NCBI GenBank assembly: GCA_002269645.1
Contig: NIVC01002442.1
Span: 62,001 to 126,000, forward strand
DNA: 64,000 bases
Direction: 5' to 3'
DNA from: Macrostomum lignano
Taxonomy: Eukaryota
The notes beneath the pieces were generated by a model. It saw only the letters and a list, made by a program, of their open reading frames with translations. It did no database searches and was not told the DNA's origin. Both the position numbers and the translations under genes were made by a program. The stretch's first letter is position 1. Every line of letters begins with the position of its first letter. Below are positions 48,601 to 59,900 of the stretch, in pieces.

Positions 48601-50479
48601 AGCAGCGTGAAGGTGCCGCTGCAGCTGGACCACGGCAGCCGGGTGGCCTTCAGCCCAGACTCCAAGGCCTTCATCGTGAACCTGTACAACAGCCGCAGCC
48701 TGGCAGTGTACAAGCTGGCCAGATCAACAGACGACCCCGGCCGCAAGACTCCGCTGACCGTGTCGCACCTGTCCGAGTTCCAGCACCAGGACCCGGGCGA
48801 CCCCGCCGAGCTGCTGTCGCTGGGAGTCGCCTCCACCGGCGGCTTCGTCATGACCTGCTACTCTGACACCCGCATCAAGCTGTGGAGCCGCCGTGGCGAC
48901 CACCTGGCAACCATTGACACCTGCCACATGACCAACTGCATGGCGGCCGTCAGCCCTTGCGGCCGCTTTGTCGCCAGCTGCGGCTTCACGCCTGATGTTA
49001 AGGTGGGCAAAGTCTCCCAAATCCCTAACTGATCCAAATCTCCCAAATCCCTAACTGATCCAAATCTCCCAAATCCCTAACTGATCCAAATCTCCCAAAT
49101 CCCTAACTGATCCAAATCTCCCAAATCCCTAACTGATCCAAATCTCCCAAATCCCTAACTGATCCAAATCTCCCAAATCCCTAACTGATCCAAATCTCCC
49201 AAATCCCTAACTGATCCAAATCTCCCAAATCCCTAACTGATCCAAATCTCCCAAATCCCTAACTGATCCAAATCTCCCAAATCCCTAACTGATCCAAATC
49301 TCCCAAATCCCTAACTGATCCAAATCTCCCAAATCCCTAACTGATCCAAATCTCCCAAATCCCTAACTGATCCAAATCTCCAAAATCCCTAACTAATCCA
49401 AATCTCCCAAATCCCTAACTGATCCAAATCTCCCAAATCCCTAACTGATCCAAATCTCCCAAATCCCTAACTGATCCAAATCTCCCAAAATCTCTAACTA
49501 ATCCAAATCTCCCAAATCTCTAACTAATCCAAATCTCCCAAATCCCTAACTGATCCAAATTTCCCAAATCCCTAACTAATCCAAATCTCCCAAATCCCTA
49601 ACTAATCCAAATCTCCCAAATCCCTAACTAATCCAAATCTCCCAAATCTCTAACTAATCCAAATCTCCCAAATCCCTAACTGATCCAAATCTCCCAAATC
49701 CCTAACTAATCCAAATCTCCCAAATCCCTAACTGATCCAAATCTCCCAAATCCCTAACTGATCCCCAACAGTCCCAAATCCCTAACTAATCCAAATCCCC
49801 CAAAATTCCTAACTGATCCAAATCCCCCAAAATCCCTAACTGATCCCCAACAGTCCCAAATCCCTATCCCACCGTCCCGCAGGTGTGGGAGGTGTCGCTG
49901 GACAAGTCGGGCTCGGGCCTGTCGGGCCCCCCAGCCCGGGCATTCGAGCTGAAGGGCCACAATGCCCAGGTGGACGGCCTGGCGTTCAGCGCGGACTCGA
50001 CGCGGATGGCCACGGCCAGCAAGGACACCACCTGGAAGCTGTGGAACATCGACGTCCGCTACAAGCTGGGCGAGGACCCCAAGCTGCTCGTTACGGGCCG
50101 GTTCCGGCGCGACGGCCTCTGCCGCATCGCCCTGTCGCCCGATGCCAGGTGCGTTGCCATAGCAACCGGCGCCTCCGTGACGGTGTACAGCTGCCTGGAC
50201 GCCAGCCAGCTGGCGCAGTTCTCCGGCCTGCACCAGGGCGCCGGGGTGTCGCGGGCGCTGTTCCACCCCAGGGCGCAGTTCCTGGTCACCTGCGGCTCCG
50301 ACCGCCACATGCCGGTGCTGCTGAACGTCCCCGGCGCCCGGGCCGCCATCGCCGACTGCGCGGCCAAGGCGAAGTCGACGCAGAGCCGCGCCCAGCGGGA
50401 GATGTTCGAGCAGGAGCTGGCCGAGACCCGCGCCTTCTTGGCCGGCCACGGCGTTGCCACGGGGGAGGCAGCCGGCTGA
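45633..50479 (+). CDS. TBL2: Transducin beta-like protein 2 (ER-membrane WD40), 4 exons, 466 aa
   Basis: Exons 45633-45816, 46929-47093, 48548-49002, 49883-50479, frame-consistent (1401 nt). N-terminal TM helix; FTHEWLACTLKGHTG, AAVSPCGRFVASCGFTPDVKVWEV, AFELKGH, SKDTTWKLWNIDVRY. Confidence 0.95.
47133..48526. repeat. 23-bp minisatellite (TGGAATCTGCAGTCTAGGGTCAG)n with 30-bp variants, TBL2 intron 2
   Basis: Direct periodicity, ~1.4 kb. Confidence 0.97.
49010..49865. repeat. 26-bp minisatellite (CCAAATCTCCCAAATCCCTAACTGAT)n, TBL2 intron 3
   Basis: Direct periodicity; fills the intron nearly from donor to acceptor. Confidence 0.97.
50153..50166. promoter_or_regulatory. RFX X-box GTTGCCATAGCAAC inside TBL2 exon 4
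   Basis: Matches the X-box consensus GTYNCY-AT-RGNAAC. Confidence 0.5.
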
Positions 50480-50493
50480 GGTTCCTCATCTCC

Positions 50494-50507
50494 GTTGCCA
50501 TGGCAAC
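50494..50507. promoter_or_regulatory. Perfect palindromic RFX X-box GTTGCCATGGCAAC, 14 nt after the TBL2 stop codon
   Basis: Exact 14-bp palindrome equal to the canonical RFX site. Confidence 0.6.
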
Positions 50508-50894
50508 AACGTTTGCCTGTCCCCCCGCCCCGGACTGCCAAGGACACGAGCTGAACTTCTACTATTATTATTCTGTTTGTCATCGCGTTGAACGTCTTGA
50601 ATGTGTCCGAGACTCCGATTGGGCATTCGGGTTTGATTGAGACTGGCTTTGCCGAGGGGTCCGAAGTTGAACACATCTACCCTATTGGACTTGGGAGATT
50701 ATCTGAATCTGTCTGATTGACTGCGTGGTTTTCATATTCGCAAGTTTATGGGGAGTTTTTGTCAAGCAAATTTCAAAATAATAGTGCGTTCTTTTTTGCT
50801 GCTTTCAACCATGTGCAATTCTGAGATGCCAAGACTCAAGGGGGTTGCTGAGAGGCCAATACTCAGGCTAAGGGTAATGCTATCAGCTGGGTTA

Positions 50895-51105
50895 ACAGAC
50901 AGACACTAAGATGGACGGACAGAGACAGACAGACAGACAGACAGGTAGGCAGACAGAGACAGGCAGACAGACAGGCAGGCAGACACAGACAGGCAGACAG
51001 ACAGACAGACAGGTAGGTAGGCAGACAGACAGACAGGCAGACAGAGACAGACAGACAGGCAGACAGACAGATAGAGACAGACAGACAGACAGGTAGGCAG
51101 ACAAA
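50895..51105. repeat. (CAGA/CAGG)n microsatellite
   Basis: Direct periodicity. Confidence 0.95.
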
Positions 51106-51697
51106 AATTAATTATATTCAGGTTAAAAATTTGCTTCAGGTAAAAATAAATGTTTGGCATGCTTGCTAATAATTAATACTAGCTAAATGGTTTGCTTTTT
51201 ATCAGCCTTGCAGATTTTTGCTTGCCCAATTTCAGCTATTAACTCTGGTGGTTTTCATTATTAAACTCAGTTCTCCCGTTTTCTTTTCCTAATCATTAAT
51301 TAAATCGCGCATCATGCGCTCAACTTGCTACTCAAAATCCTCGGCGTTTTTAAGTAGCAACGTTTGCGTTGGTCAGTGTTTTCCTTGTTTATTATATTTA
51401 AAATTGAAATTAACCATTAGAAATGCTTATTCATATTCACTGTTTTCTCTTATTTATTTAAAAGTTCAGTCTGCAGATCTGCGGTGCCAATTGGTTTTCT
51501 CTTTGCTCGAATTTCTGCTTATCATTGCTGAGATCTGTCTGACAGGTCAGGCAAATATATATGAGCGCAGGCCCAGCCACTGCTGACTGGCTGGGTGCAT
51601 CCGTGACCTTAGTGCAAATCCTATGGGCTTGTTGATGTGTTCATTTTTACAGCAGCTGCTGAGCAGTCCTTCCGGAACTTCTTTTAATGTGTTAAAT

Positions 51698-52405
51698 AAT
51701 CTCCCCTGAACAGATTGGAGAATCTCCCCTGAACAGATTGGAGAATCTCCCCTGAACAGATTGGAGAATCTCCCCTGAGCAGATTAGAGAATCTCGCCTG
51801 AACAGATTGGAGAATCTCGCCTGAACAGATTGGAGAATCTCCCCAGAGCAGATTAGAGAATCTCCCCTGAGCAGATTAGAGAATCTCCCCTGAACAGATT
51901 GGAGAATCTCCCCTGAACAGATTGGAGAATCTCCCCTGAACAGATTGGAGAATCTCCCCAGAACAGATTGGAGAATCTCCCCTGAGCAGATTGGAGAATC
52001 TCCCCAGAGCAGATTGGAGAATCTCCCCTGAACAGATTGGAGAATCTCCCCTGAACAGATTGGAGAATCTCCCCTGAACAGATTGGAGAATCTCCCCAGA
52101 ACAGATTGGAGAATCTCCCCTGAGCAGATTGGAGAATCTCCCCTGAACAGATTGGAGAATCTCCCCTGAACAGATTGGAGAATCTCCCCAGAGTAGATTG
52201 GAGAATCTCCCCTGAACAGATTGGAGAATCTCCCCAGAACAGATTGGAGAATCTCCCCTGAACAAATTGGAGAATCTCCCCTGAACAGATTGGAGAATCT
52301 CCCCAGAACAGATTGGAGAATCTCCCCTGAAAAGATTGGAGAATCTCCCCAGAACAGATTGGAGAATCTCCCCTGAACAGATTGGAGAATCTCCCCTGAG
52401 CAGAT
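51698..52405. repeat. 23-bp minisatellite (GAACAGATTGGAGAATCTCCCCT)n, ~30 copies
   Basis: Direct periodicity; each unit contains the dyad GGAGA-A-TCTCC. Confidence 0.97.
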
Positions 52406-53004
52406 CTCTCCTGAACCGTGGTTACACCACATAAAGAATCCCTACTCGACAGCCAGCCTAATCCTGCCACACACTTGGCTGCCCCCCCCCCCCCCCAGCT
52501 GCAAGCGGCGGGTTCAAGCCGCTGGGCTCACCCAATTGACAAGCAACCCGTGAGCATCAGTTTGCAGCTGAGCGGCTGGCAGCTGTGAGCAGCGGCTCAT
52601 CTGCACCGCGGGCGGAATGTCAGGAAAATGAGACAGACAGAACAGATGACTGACTGAAGGCGGAGCCGAGTTCCAACCAGCCCCCCAAATCAGCATCCAT
52701 CCCATTTATCCCAGCTTTGGGATTCGCTAATCTTCTCTCGCCAGGCCTCGCAAATCCCCTTCCCAGTGCGTCTGTTCTGCATCGGCTTGGGAATAAAATC
52801 CCCGATCGCTGTATCGCCTTCCCCCACTCTGTTCGATTGACTGGACACGCTTTTCGAGTGGGCGTGTGGAATTCGCTCGGGAGTCTCGGGTTTAGTTGCT
52901 AGGCTGGGAAGGATTGACGGGTGTAAATTTCCAGATCCAGCTTCTAGCAGCCTTTATTGTCGGCTTCTAAATTTTGTAGATTTTGGGATTTTTTGGATTA
53001 TTTG

Positions 53005-53920
53005 AGCACACAGCCTAATCAGGTGAGCACACACAGTCTAATCAGGTGAGCGCACATTCTAATCAGGTGAGCACACAGTCTAATCAGGTGAGCACACAGT
53101 CTAACCAGGTGAGCACACACAGTCTCATCAGGTGAGCACACAGTCTAATCAGGTGAGCACACCGTCTAATCAGGTGAGCACACAGTCTAATCAGGTGAGC
53201 ACACAGTCTAACCAGGTGAGCACACACAGTCTCATCAGGTGAGCACACAGTCTCATCAGGTGAGCACACAGTCTAATCAGGTGAGCACACAGTCTAATCA
53301 GGTGAGCACACACAGTCTAATCAGGTGAGCACACAGTCTAATCAGGTGAGCACACAGTCTAACCAGGTGAGCACACACAGTCTAATCAGGTGAGCACACA
53401 CAGTCTAATCAGGTGAGCACACACAGTCTCATCAGATGAGCACACAGTCTCATCAGGTGAGCACACACAGTCTCATCAGGTGAGCACACAGTCTCATCAG
53501 GTGAGCACACAGTCTAACCAGGTGAGCACACACAGTCTCATCAGGTGAGCACACAGTCTCATCAGGTGAGTACACAGTCTAACCAGGTGAGCACACACAG
53601 TCTCATCAGGTGAGTACACACAGTCTCATCAGGTGAGTACACAGTCTAATCAGGTGAGCACACAGCCTAATCAGGTGAGCACACACAGTCTCATCAGGTG
53701 AGTACACAGTCTAATCAGGTGAGCACACACAGTCTAATCAGATGAGCACACAGTCTAATCAGGTGAGAACACAGTCTAATCAGGTGAGCACACAGCCTAA
53801 TCAGGTGAGCACACACAGTCTCATCAGGTGAGCACACAGCCTAATCAGGTGAGCACACAGCTTTATTAAGTGAGCACATAGCCTCATCAGTTGAGCACAC
53901 ACAGTCTTATCAGGTGAGCA
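53005..53920 (+). repeat. 21/23-bp minisatellite (CACAGTCTAATCAGGTGAGCA)n, ~40 copies
   Basis: Direct periodicity; each unit contains CTAAT-CAG-GTGAG. Confidence 0.97.
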
Positions 53921-54805
53921 GGCACACGAATGGGAAGAAGCTCACAAATGCGAGCTAATTCTTTAGGCTGTACACCAGAGATGAGCTCACACAGCAACAG
54001 AGCTATAAAAGTGCAACCCTTGAATTGAATTCCCTGGCTGTCACGGCCAGTTTCCCAATTTCCAATCGATTGGAGCGGAACCAGGCTGAATGCGAGAACC
54101 CTAACTTATTAATAATTAATGAGATGCCACAATTCTAGCTGCAGCAGATAAGTGGAATCCAAAACCAGCATTGACGTGCAGGCCATCTACCCTGTTGTCC
54201 ATGACGTCTTTGGGGATCTTGTGCCTCCCCGCAGTTACCTTGATAATCCCCAAATTGATTTGAATTGATTTGATTCTCTCCTAGGGTGCATCCGGAACCT
54301 TCCCAAGAAGCAGAGCAGGAAAACTCCTGCTCAAACTCAAGCTGGCCAAGTGAAACAATACAAAAATTGCCCGGGCGCCAGCTGTTCTTCTCTGCTTCCA
54401 CTGAGGCCAGGTTGCTACTCAGCGCCCCCCCCCTGTGTTCCACATCGCGCAAGCATAAATTATTGAGTCCGTTATGCGATAAAATACTCAGCTCTGAGAC
54501 CCCCGCCCAGCGAAAGCGTGGAAGGGGAAAGGGAGTCTTGGGAGACTTCATTTCTTCCCCTCCGTCCGCCTCCTTCCTCTTCAAGCCCCAGCTTCACTCA
54601 CGCGGAGATCCCCTCTGCCAGGGCGCTGAACAGGGGGGTGGATTTTTGGTGCCGGCCCTGCTGAATGACTGCCTGAGTTCTCTCGGCTGCTGGTGCCGCA
54701 GCGGCGAGATTCGCCAGAGGCCTCGCAGACCAACCGCTGCGGAGCTGAGCAGGGGAGGGGGGCGGCTGGCGGGCCGGATTAAAGCGCGGGGAAGTGCAAG
54801 GGGAA

Positions 54806-56260
54806 ATGAGGAAAAGGACCGCACGTCACGCCGTCACCGCCAGCCGGACAATGGAGGCCGCGGAGGACCTGCCGGCCGAGACAGCCGCGCCGGCCAGCCG
54901 GCAGACCGTGACAATCATCAGCACCCGGACTGGGCGCCGGACCTCCATCCACCATGACACGGACTTCGCGGACAAGATGAACTCCTACATTGTCAGCCCG
55001 CTGATTCCGCTGCCGAAGCCGCGGTTGCCCCAGCAGCTGCAGCCTCAGCAGCCTCAGCAGCAGCAGCAGCAGAAAAAGCAGCGATCCAAGCAGCCGCGGG
55101 CCGCCCGCCGCTCGGTCTCCTGTCCTGAGCCGGCCACCTCGTCAGCGTCTCAGCGCCAGCCTCCGCTGCTGCCTCATCAATCGTTTTTACAGCCCCACCA
55201 GCGCCAGCTGTCCGGCCAGCAGCGCCGCAGGCAGCCGGGCCGCAACCCCACCCTGGAGCGGCTGCTGCAGCCCAGCGCCAGGGAGATGTCGCGCTCCGAG
55301 CAGCTGCTGGACAAAATGCGCAGCCTCAAACTGCGGATCCAGCGGCACGCCGTGCAGACCAACTGCGGCAACGTCTCTGTCGCCGACTGGCCACCGCCCC
55401 CGGACGTCCTGCTGGCGCACGCGTCCCCGCCGCCGCCGGTGCAGCGCGCCACACCCACGTCGCCGACCTTCGCCAGCACCGACAACGGCGGCGGCATCGT
55501 GTGCTCGGACTCCGACATTCGCTCCATCATAGCCAGCATCCAGCAGTTCGAGAAGTCGGTGCAGCAGAGCCAGCTGGCGCAGCTCATCGAGGTCATCTCG
55601 GTGCCATCCGAGCCGCCGCTGCCGCCCTGCCTGACCTCCTCGCCGAACCGGCAGCAGCGGCAGCAGGCCGTGAGGAAGCAGGTGTGCTTCATCGACCCCA
55701 AGCAGAACCGCCTGCTGATGCCGCAGCACCTGTCTGCTGCCGCCGCATCATCCTCAGAAGCTCCGAGCGAGTCTCTGACAACCGCGTCGCAGAAGCAGCG
55801 CCGGTCGCCACCGCCGCCCCGCCGACAGACGCCGTCCCCGCCGCCACCGCCTCCGGCGTCGGGCGCTTCAGGCGGCAGCAGCTGCCGGCGCGGCTCCTTA
55901 TGCAACGCCTGCCACCACAGCTTCGACCTGTGCGATGCCGATGTACCCGGACCTTCGGACGGCTCGTCAATGCCTCCGCCGCCGCCGCCGCCCAAAGACG
56001 TGAGCTTCGACGAGAACGGGCAGACCTGGGACGTCTACGGGGCGGACATCGACCCTGACCTGCTGGGGCAGGCCATCCAGACTCACCTGACCGCCGCCAG
56101 GTGCAGCGGCATCTCCGCTGAGGCCATCAGCTCGAAGACTTCTGCAGCCGATGCCGCGCCGGCCGCCGCGTCCCTAGACTCCCCCGACTCCTTGAACTCA
56201 CAAAAGCGACCGCAGACGTCTGCGGTGTCGCTTCTCTGCTGCGCTGGAGGTCGCAGCTGA
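54806..56260 (+). CDS. GPRIN-like protein (GRIN C-terminal domain), single coding exon, ~484 aa
   Basis: Long GC3-rich ORF, mostly Pro/Gln/Ser low complexity. PKDVSFDENGQTWDVYGADIDPDLLGQAIQTHL matches GRIN_C (VRDV.WDEKGMTWEVYGA..D.E.LG.AIQ.HL); Cys-Cys near the C-terminus. Start could be 54806 or 54851. Confidence 0.8.
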   Translation: MRKRTARHAVTASRTMEAAEDLPAETAAPASRQTVTIISTRTGRRTSIHHDTDFADKMNSYIVSPLIPLPKPRLPQQLQPQQPQQQQQQKKQRSKQPRAARRSVSCPEPATSSASQRQPPLLPHQSFLQPHQRQLSGQQRRRQPGRNPTLERLLQPSAREMSRSEQLLDKMRSLKLRIQRHAVQTNCGNVSVADWPPPPDVLLAHASPPPPVQRATPTSPTFASTDNGGGIVCSDSDIRSIIASIQQFEKSVQQSQLAQLIEVISVPSEPPLPPCLTSSPNRQQRQQAVRKQVCFIDPKQNRLLMPQHLSAAAASSSEAPSESLTTASQKQRRSPPPPRRQTPSPPPPPPASGASGGSSCRRGSLCNACHHSFDLCDADVPGPSDGSSMPPPPPPPKDVSFDENGQTWDVYGADIDPDLLGQAIQTHLTAARCSGISAEAISSKTSAADAAPAAASLDSPDSLNSQKRPQTSAVSLLCCAGGRS

Positions 56261-56935
56261 AGCCTCTCGTAACTGGCCGCCCTCATCCGCCCCCTATCCG
56301 CCCCCCATCCGCCCCCCCCCCCAATCTGCTTTTATTCTCTTGCTTCAATATTTCGATCGATCAATACGCAATAAATTCGGAGAATCGCAGCCGATCTTCG
56401 CTCAAAAAAATTTCTGACGAGTTAATTTATTCCCAAAAAATCAATTCGCTCCGCAGCCTGAAGACTGGCCGCCAGCAGGAAGTCATCTCATCTTCTCATC
56501 CCTTCTAAACTTAGACCCAATCGAAATTCCAAACCGCATTTGCATTTCTTCATAGAGCAGCGCTTCGGCAAAACTATAACTGCCGAAGTAATGAATGCTC
56601 AGAGGGACCTTGAGCTCAGCTACTGGGTCTGAGTTCTCGGTTGAGCACAGCAGGCACAGCAGGGAGGCGAGCTCCGGCCTCCTGAGTAAACAGAGCAGAG
56701 TCTTCTAGGAGATAGATGGATAGAGCAGCCAGAAATCAATGATATCCGCCTGCGCCAGCAGATCTGCTTCCTTAAGGGCCGCCCTGATGCGGGTGTTTGC
56801 CCAGCCCGACCCCAACACCCCCCCTCCCGGGTTTCAGCTGCCGACTTCTTGTTCTCTGTTGAGTTCCGAGACACACCTGCGCAGCTGCAGCGCTCTGGCA
56901 CCATGTAAACTGCTGTGAAATTGCATCGGTGAATT

Positions 56936-59900
56936 CTAGAAGGGATAGATTAGCAATCCATTCTATCCTATCATCCCAGAAGGGTCAGAATAGCAATCCA
57001 TTCTATCCTATCATCCCAGAAGGGTCAGATTAGCAATCCATTCTATCCTATCATCCCAGAAGGGTCAGATTAGCAATCCATTCTATTCTATCATCCCAGA
57101 AGGGTCAGATTAGCAATCCATTCCATCCTATCATCCCAGAAGGGTCAGAATAGCAATCCATTCTATTCTATCATCCCAGAAGGGTCAGATTAGCAATCCA
57201 TTCTATTCTATCATCCCAGAAGGGTCAGAATAGCAATCCATTCTATCCTATCATCCCAGAAGGGTCAGAATAGCAATCCATTCCATCCTATCATCCCAGA
57301 AGGGTTAGAATAGCAATCCATTCTATTCTATCATCCCAGAAGGGTCAGATTAGCAATCCATTCTATTCTATCATCCCAGAAGGGTCAGAATAGCAATCCA
57401 TTCTATCCTATCATCCCAGAAGGGTCAGAATAGCAATCCATTCTATTCTATCATCCCAGAAGGGTCAGATTAGCAATCCATTCTATTCTATCATCCCAGA
57501 AGGGTCAGAATAGCAATCCATTCTATCCTATCATCCCAGAAGGGTCAGAATAGCAATCCATTCCATCCTATCATCCCAGAAGGGTCAGAATAGCAATCCA
57601 TTCTATTCTATCATCCCAGAAGGGTCAGATTAGCAATCCATTCTATTCTATCATCCCAGAAGGGTCAGAATAGCAATCCATTCTATCCTATCATCCCAGA
57701 AGGGTCAGAATAGCAATCCATTCCTTCCTATCATCCCAGAAGGGTAAGATTAGCAATCCATCCCATCTTTTCCCTTCAAAAGTGTCAGATTAGCAATCCA
57801 TTCTATCCTATCATCTCAGAAGGGTCAGATTAGCAATCCATTCTATCCTATCATCTCAGAAGGGTCAGATTAGCAATCCATCCCATCTTTTCCCTTCAAA
57901 AGTGTCAGATTAGCAATCCATTCTATCCTATCATCCCAGAAGGGTCAGAATAGCAATCCATTCTATCCTATCATCTCAGAAGGGTCAGATTAGCAATCCA
58001 TCCCATCTTTTCCCTTCAAAAGTGTCAGATTAGCAATCCATTCTATCCTATCATCCCAGAAGGGTCAGATTAGCAATCCATTCCATCTTTTCCTTTCAAA
58101 AGTGTCAGATTAGCAATCCATTCTATCCTATCATCCCAGAAGGGTCAGATTAGCAATCCATTCTATCCTATCATCTCAGAAGGGTCAGATTAGCAATCCA
58201 TTCCATCTTTTCCCTTCAAAAGTGTCAGATTAGCAATCCATTCTATCCTATCATCTCAGAAGGGTCAGATTAGCAATCCATTCTATCCTATCACCCCAGA
58301 AGGGTCAGAATAGCAATCCATTCCCCCAGAAGGGTCAGATTAGCAATCCATTCCATCTTTTCCCTTCAAAAGTGTCAGATTAGCAATCCATTCTATCCTA
58401 TCATCTCAGAAGGGTCAGAATAGCAATCCATTCTATCCTATCATCCCAGAAGGGTCAGATTAGCAATCCATTCTATCCTATCATCCCAGAAGGGTCAGAT
58501 TAGCAATCCATCCCATCTTTTCCCTTCAAAAGTGTCAGATTAGCAATCCATTCTATCCTATCATCCCAAAAGGGTCAGATCAGCAATCCATCCCATCTTT
58601 TCCCTTCAAAAGTGTCAGATTAGCAATCCATTCCATCTTTTCCCTTCAAAAGTGTCAGATTAGCAATCCATTCTATTCTATCATCCCAGAAGGGTCAGAA
58701 TAGCAATCCATTCTATTCTATCATCCCAGAAGGGACAGATTAGCAATCCATTCCATCTTTTCCTTTCAAAAGTGTCAGACTAGCAATCCATTCTATCCTA
58801 TCATCCCAGAAGGGTCAGATTAGCAATCCATTCTATCCTATCATCTCAGAAGGGTCAGATTAGCAATCCATTCCATCTTTTCCCTTCAAAAGTGTCAGAT
58901 TAGCAATCCATTCCATCTTTTCCCTTCAAAAGTGTCAAATTAGCAATCCATTCCATATTTTCCCTTCAAAAGTGTCAGATTAGCAATCCATTCTATCCTA
59001 TCATCTCAGAAGGGTCAGATTAGCAATCCATTCTATCATATCATCTCAGAAGGGTCAGATTAGCAATCCATTCTATCATATCATCTCAGAAGGGTCAGAT
59101 TAGCAATCCATTCTATCCTATCATCTCAGAAGGGTCAGATTAGCAATCCATTCCATCTTTTCCTTTCAAAAGTGTCAGATTAGCAATCCATTCTATCCTA
59201 TCATCTCAGAAGGGTCAGATTAGCAATCCATTCTATCCTATCATCCCAGAAGGGTCAGATTAGCAATCCATTATTATAATTATCCCAGAAGGGTCAGAAT
59301 AGCAATCCATTCTATTCTATCATCCCAGAAGGGACAGATTAGCAATCCATTCCATCTTTTCCTTTCAAAAGTGTCAGACTAGCAATCCATTCTATCCTAT
59401 CATCCCAGAAGGGTCAGATTAGCAATCCATTCTATCCTATCATCCCAGAAGGGTCAGATTAGCAATCCATTCTATCCTATCATCCCAGAAGGGTCAGATT
59501 AGCAATCCATTCTATCCTATCATCTCAGAAGGGTCAGATTAGCAATCCATTCCATCTTTTCCCTTCAAAAGTGTCAGATTAGCAATCCATTCTATCCTAT
59601 CATCTCAGAAGGGTCAGATTAGCAATCCATTCTATCCTATCACCCCAGAAGGGTCAGAATAGCAATCCATTCCCCCAGAAGGGTCAGATTAGCAATCCAT
59701 TCCATCTTTTCCCTTCAAAAGTGTCAGATTAGCAATCCATTCTATCCTATCATCTCAGAAGGGTCAGATTAGCAATCCATTCTACCATATCATCCCAGAA
59801 GGGCCAGATTAGCAATCCATTCTATCCTATCATCCCAGAAGGGTCAGATTAGCAATCCATCCCATCTTTTCCCTTCAAAAGTGTCAGATTAGCAATCCAT

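Noticed and set aside
49010-49865. Interstitial telomeric repeat (CCCTAA in the unit)
   Set aside because: One hexamer per 26-bp unit, not a (TTAGGG)n array.
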